A stretch of DNA of 64,000 nt from Vitrella brassicaformis CCMP3155 (Eukaryota; Protista; Chromerida): NCBI GenBank assembly GCA_001179505.1, contig CDMY01000396.1:1-64000 (forward strand). Direction: 5' to 3'. Within the stretch, counting starts at the first letter, position 1, and each line of letters opens with the position of its first letter. A program made the translations under genes and the position numbers. This document shows, in pieces, positions 62,101 to 64,000 of the stretch. A model generated the notes under the pieces. The model saw nothing but the letters and a program-made list of their open reading frames with translations, ran no database searches and was not told the DNA's origin.

Positions 62101-62343
62101 GAATGGATGTGTGTGTGTGTGTGGTGTGTGCAGCCACGAGCAGTGTGGTTGGTGTGGAGATGTCAGTGGAGGACGACAACGGCCCCAGCATTCCCAGGGA
62201 GATACCCCCTGACCCTGGTTAGTCGAGCAAAGAGACACCACTGGTTGACTCATCGATGAGTGTTGTGTTGTGTTGTGTGTGGTGTGGGTGCAGCGTACAT
62301 GGCATCTTTGCGGAAGAGGCAACAGCAGGGCGGCAGCACGTGA
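59147..62343 (+). CDS. GH13 (Taka/fungal-type) alpha-amylase with acidic linker and C-terminal PAN/Apple domain
   Basis: [42 protein letters not shown]|FW, catalytic DGYRMDA / GEAF / ESHD, IPIVYYGSEQ. The C-terminal CFEYADYLGNDV...CQLACQEDDRCLFFTY...CWLK...VSGPKTC is Apple-type. Confidence 0.92.
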
Positions 62344-63379
62344 AGGAGTGAGAAGGAAGGGACGGCTGGAGGGATTCAATCATTGCCCTCCCTGCCCCGA
62401 GAGAGACATCATGTCATTGTCATGAGGTGTGCGGCGAACGTTTTTTGCAAACTGTCTGTCTGTCTGTCTGTCTGTGTGTGTTCATGTGATGAGCTGTGTG
62501 TACCTCTCCACACACACATGTCTATGAGTGCGCGTGTGTGTGAATGCATGGCGGTGCCCTTCGTCCCGTCCCGCCCTTTGTATGTATGTCTTCATATTTG
62601 TTTGTCTGTGCACACCACACACATGTGGGTAAGTATCTACATATCATGCATTGTGTTGGCTGGTTGGTTGGTTCGTCAGCATTGGTATTGACATTGGTGT
62701 CGGTGTCAGCATTGGTATTGCTAGGTAGAGTGTTTAATCTAATCTGCTGCGGAGCACGACAGACACGACCTGCGCAGGTACCTATCTCTCTATCTCTTTA
62801 CTTGTGTGGCTCCTGAGTGCACTGCACTCACTGCACATGTTCTGTACGTCGTGTGCGTGTCCATCCATCCATCCACCACAGACATCCATTTTAATTCATG
62901 CGTGTGCTCGTCTCGCCTGCGTCCATGACACACATCCCTGGCATATGCACTCACTGCCACACACCTGACTGACGTGCATGACTCAAGGTTCCATCCCCCC
63001 CTCCCTCCCAGTGGGTGCCACGATCGATCACGGCAGGAGAGCGCTTCACGCACACCACTCAGGCACTCACGCACACAACACAGACAGGCACTGACTGACC
63101 AACTAAATATATGCTGCATTGCCTGCTCGGGTGGCGATTTGCATCTGCAGGGGCCACCAAAGCAATGCAAAGCAGCACCGAAGCAGCAAGCTAAGAAGCT
63201 AGCTGCCGAGGGAGGGAAAAAAGCAGCGACAGAGAAAAAGAGGAGGAACACCACACCACATCTGCTTCGCAGTCACCACACGTATAACACGCATACACAT
63301 ACAGTCAGTAGGTAGTCTACAGGTGGGTGGATGGCCGGACGGACGGACTGCAGCAAGCAAGAGCTATCGATGAGCTATC

Positions 63380-63410
<31 letters not shown>

Positions 63411-63463
63411 CAGAGAAAGGGATCTACACACACAGCCAGCCAGCCAGCCACCACATCAGTCAG

Positions 63464-64000
63464 TCACGCGCCCACCCTCCTCCCCCTCGCCCCTCCCGCT
63501 AATGCTGCTGCTGCTGCTGCTGGTGATGGTGGCTGCTCTTGTCGACAGCGGTGCTCACTGTCGATCCGCTTGTCGGAGCACCAGGACATCCACACCGACG
63601 CACCCACCAGGTAGTGCGCGGCGAACAAGGCAAACACCGCCCCCCATCTGTGGGCGTCGGACAGGCCGTACTCGTGGGCCTTCTCCAGCACGAAGCCCAC
63701 GGCAGGCACCGCCACCAGACCCCCGACCATCCCGCATGTGTTGCCGGCAGAGAACAGCAGGCCGGCCTTGCTGGGTGCCAGGTCCAGGTGATTCGCGCAC
63801 ATCGCACCTGCACACGTGTGACACACACACACAGTGAGTGAGACAGACAAAGGCGGCCTGGGCTGTCTGTGCTTTGTCACATGGGTCCATCCATCCATCC
63901 ATGGCACCGACCATAGGCGAAAGCGTGGCACCCGGCAGCCAGCGAGAGGAAGAGTGTCGCCTCGAGTGGTGTGGAGGCCACGAAGCCCACACCCAGCAGC
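63464..64000 (-). CDS. MFS anion/phosphate transporter (SLC17/PHT4-like), C-terminal exons, runs off the window
   Basis: LFLSLAAGCHAFAYG|GAMCANHLDLAPSKAGLLFSAGNTCGMVGGLVAVPAVGFVL...WGAVFALFAAHYLVGASVW matches the SLC17 pattern N.lDlaP..AG.l.g..NT.G. Confidence 0.85.
   Translation of the reverse strand, partial: AAGCGLRGLHTTRGDTLPLAGCRVPRFRLWSVPWMDGWTHVTKHRQPRPPLSVSLTVCVCHTCAGAMCANHLDLAPSKAGLLFSAGNTCGMVGGLVAVPAVGFVLEKAHEYGLSDAHRWGAVFALFAAHYLVGASVWMSWCSDKRIDSEHRCRQEQPPSPAAAAAALAGGARGRRVGA

Noticed and set aside
1200-63450. Abundant (GT)n, (CA)n, (GATG)n, (GACA)n and (CAG)n tracts as repeat arrays or CRISPR
   Set aside because: They are simple intronic microsatellites or poly-Gln/Ala codons with no repeat-spacer structure and no cas genes.

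Overview
Eukaryotic, gene-dense, intron-rich genomic DNA. Introns are short, GT-AG, and full of (GT)n, (GATG)n and (CA)n microsatellites. Intron style, ApiAP2/RAP/HPR/Apple domains and bipartite plastid presequences point to a chromerid alveolate, most likely Vitrella brassicaformis (inference). I reconstructed genes by splicing exons by eye, so boundaries are approximate. Recognisable genes: GT47 glycosyltransferase, plastid zeta-carotene desaturase, YigZ/IMPACT, PrsW-type intramembrane protease, an atypical bromodomain fused to a degenerate Cid1/TUTase-like domain, three POP4/Rpp29 copies, a plastid-targeted helical-repeat RAP protein ending in an AP2-like domain, a BTB protein, a PhyH-type dioxygenase, two tandem F-box-like paralogues (one with an HMG-box, one with a ubiquitin domain), an amino-acid transporter remnant, an ApiAP2 factor, a GH13 alpha-amylase with an Apple domain, and a partial SLC17/PHT4 MFS transporter. 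Top candidate: a very divergent Spo11/Topo VI-A-like gene (53674-56366) spread over about 14 exons. It keeps the putative catalytic Tyr, Glu and DxD, has a long novel N-terminus, and lies head-to-head with the ApiAP2 gene. A second theme is local segmental duplication that moves one bidirectional promoter cassette between gene pairs and creates chimeras. There are two 300-N assembly gaps. No rRNA, tRNA, CRISPR or recognisable transposase was seen.
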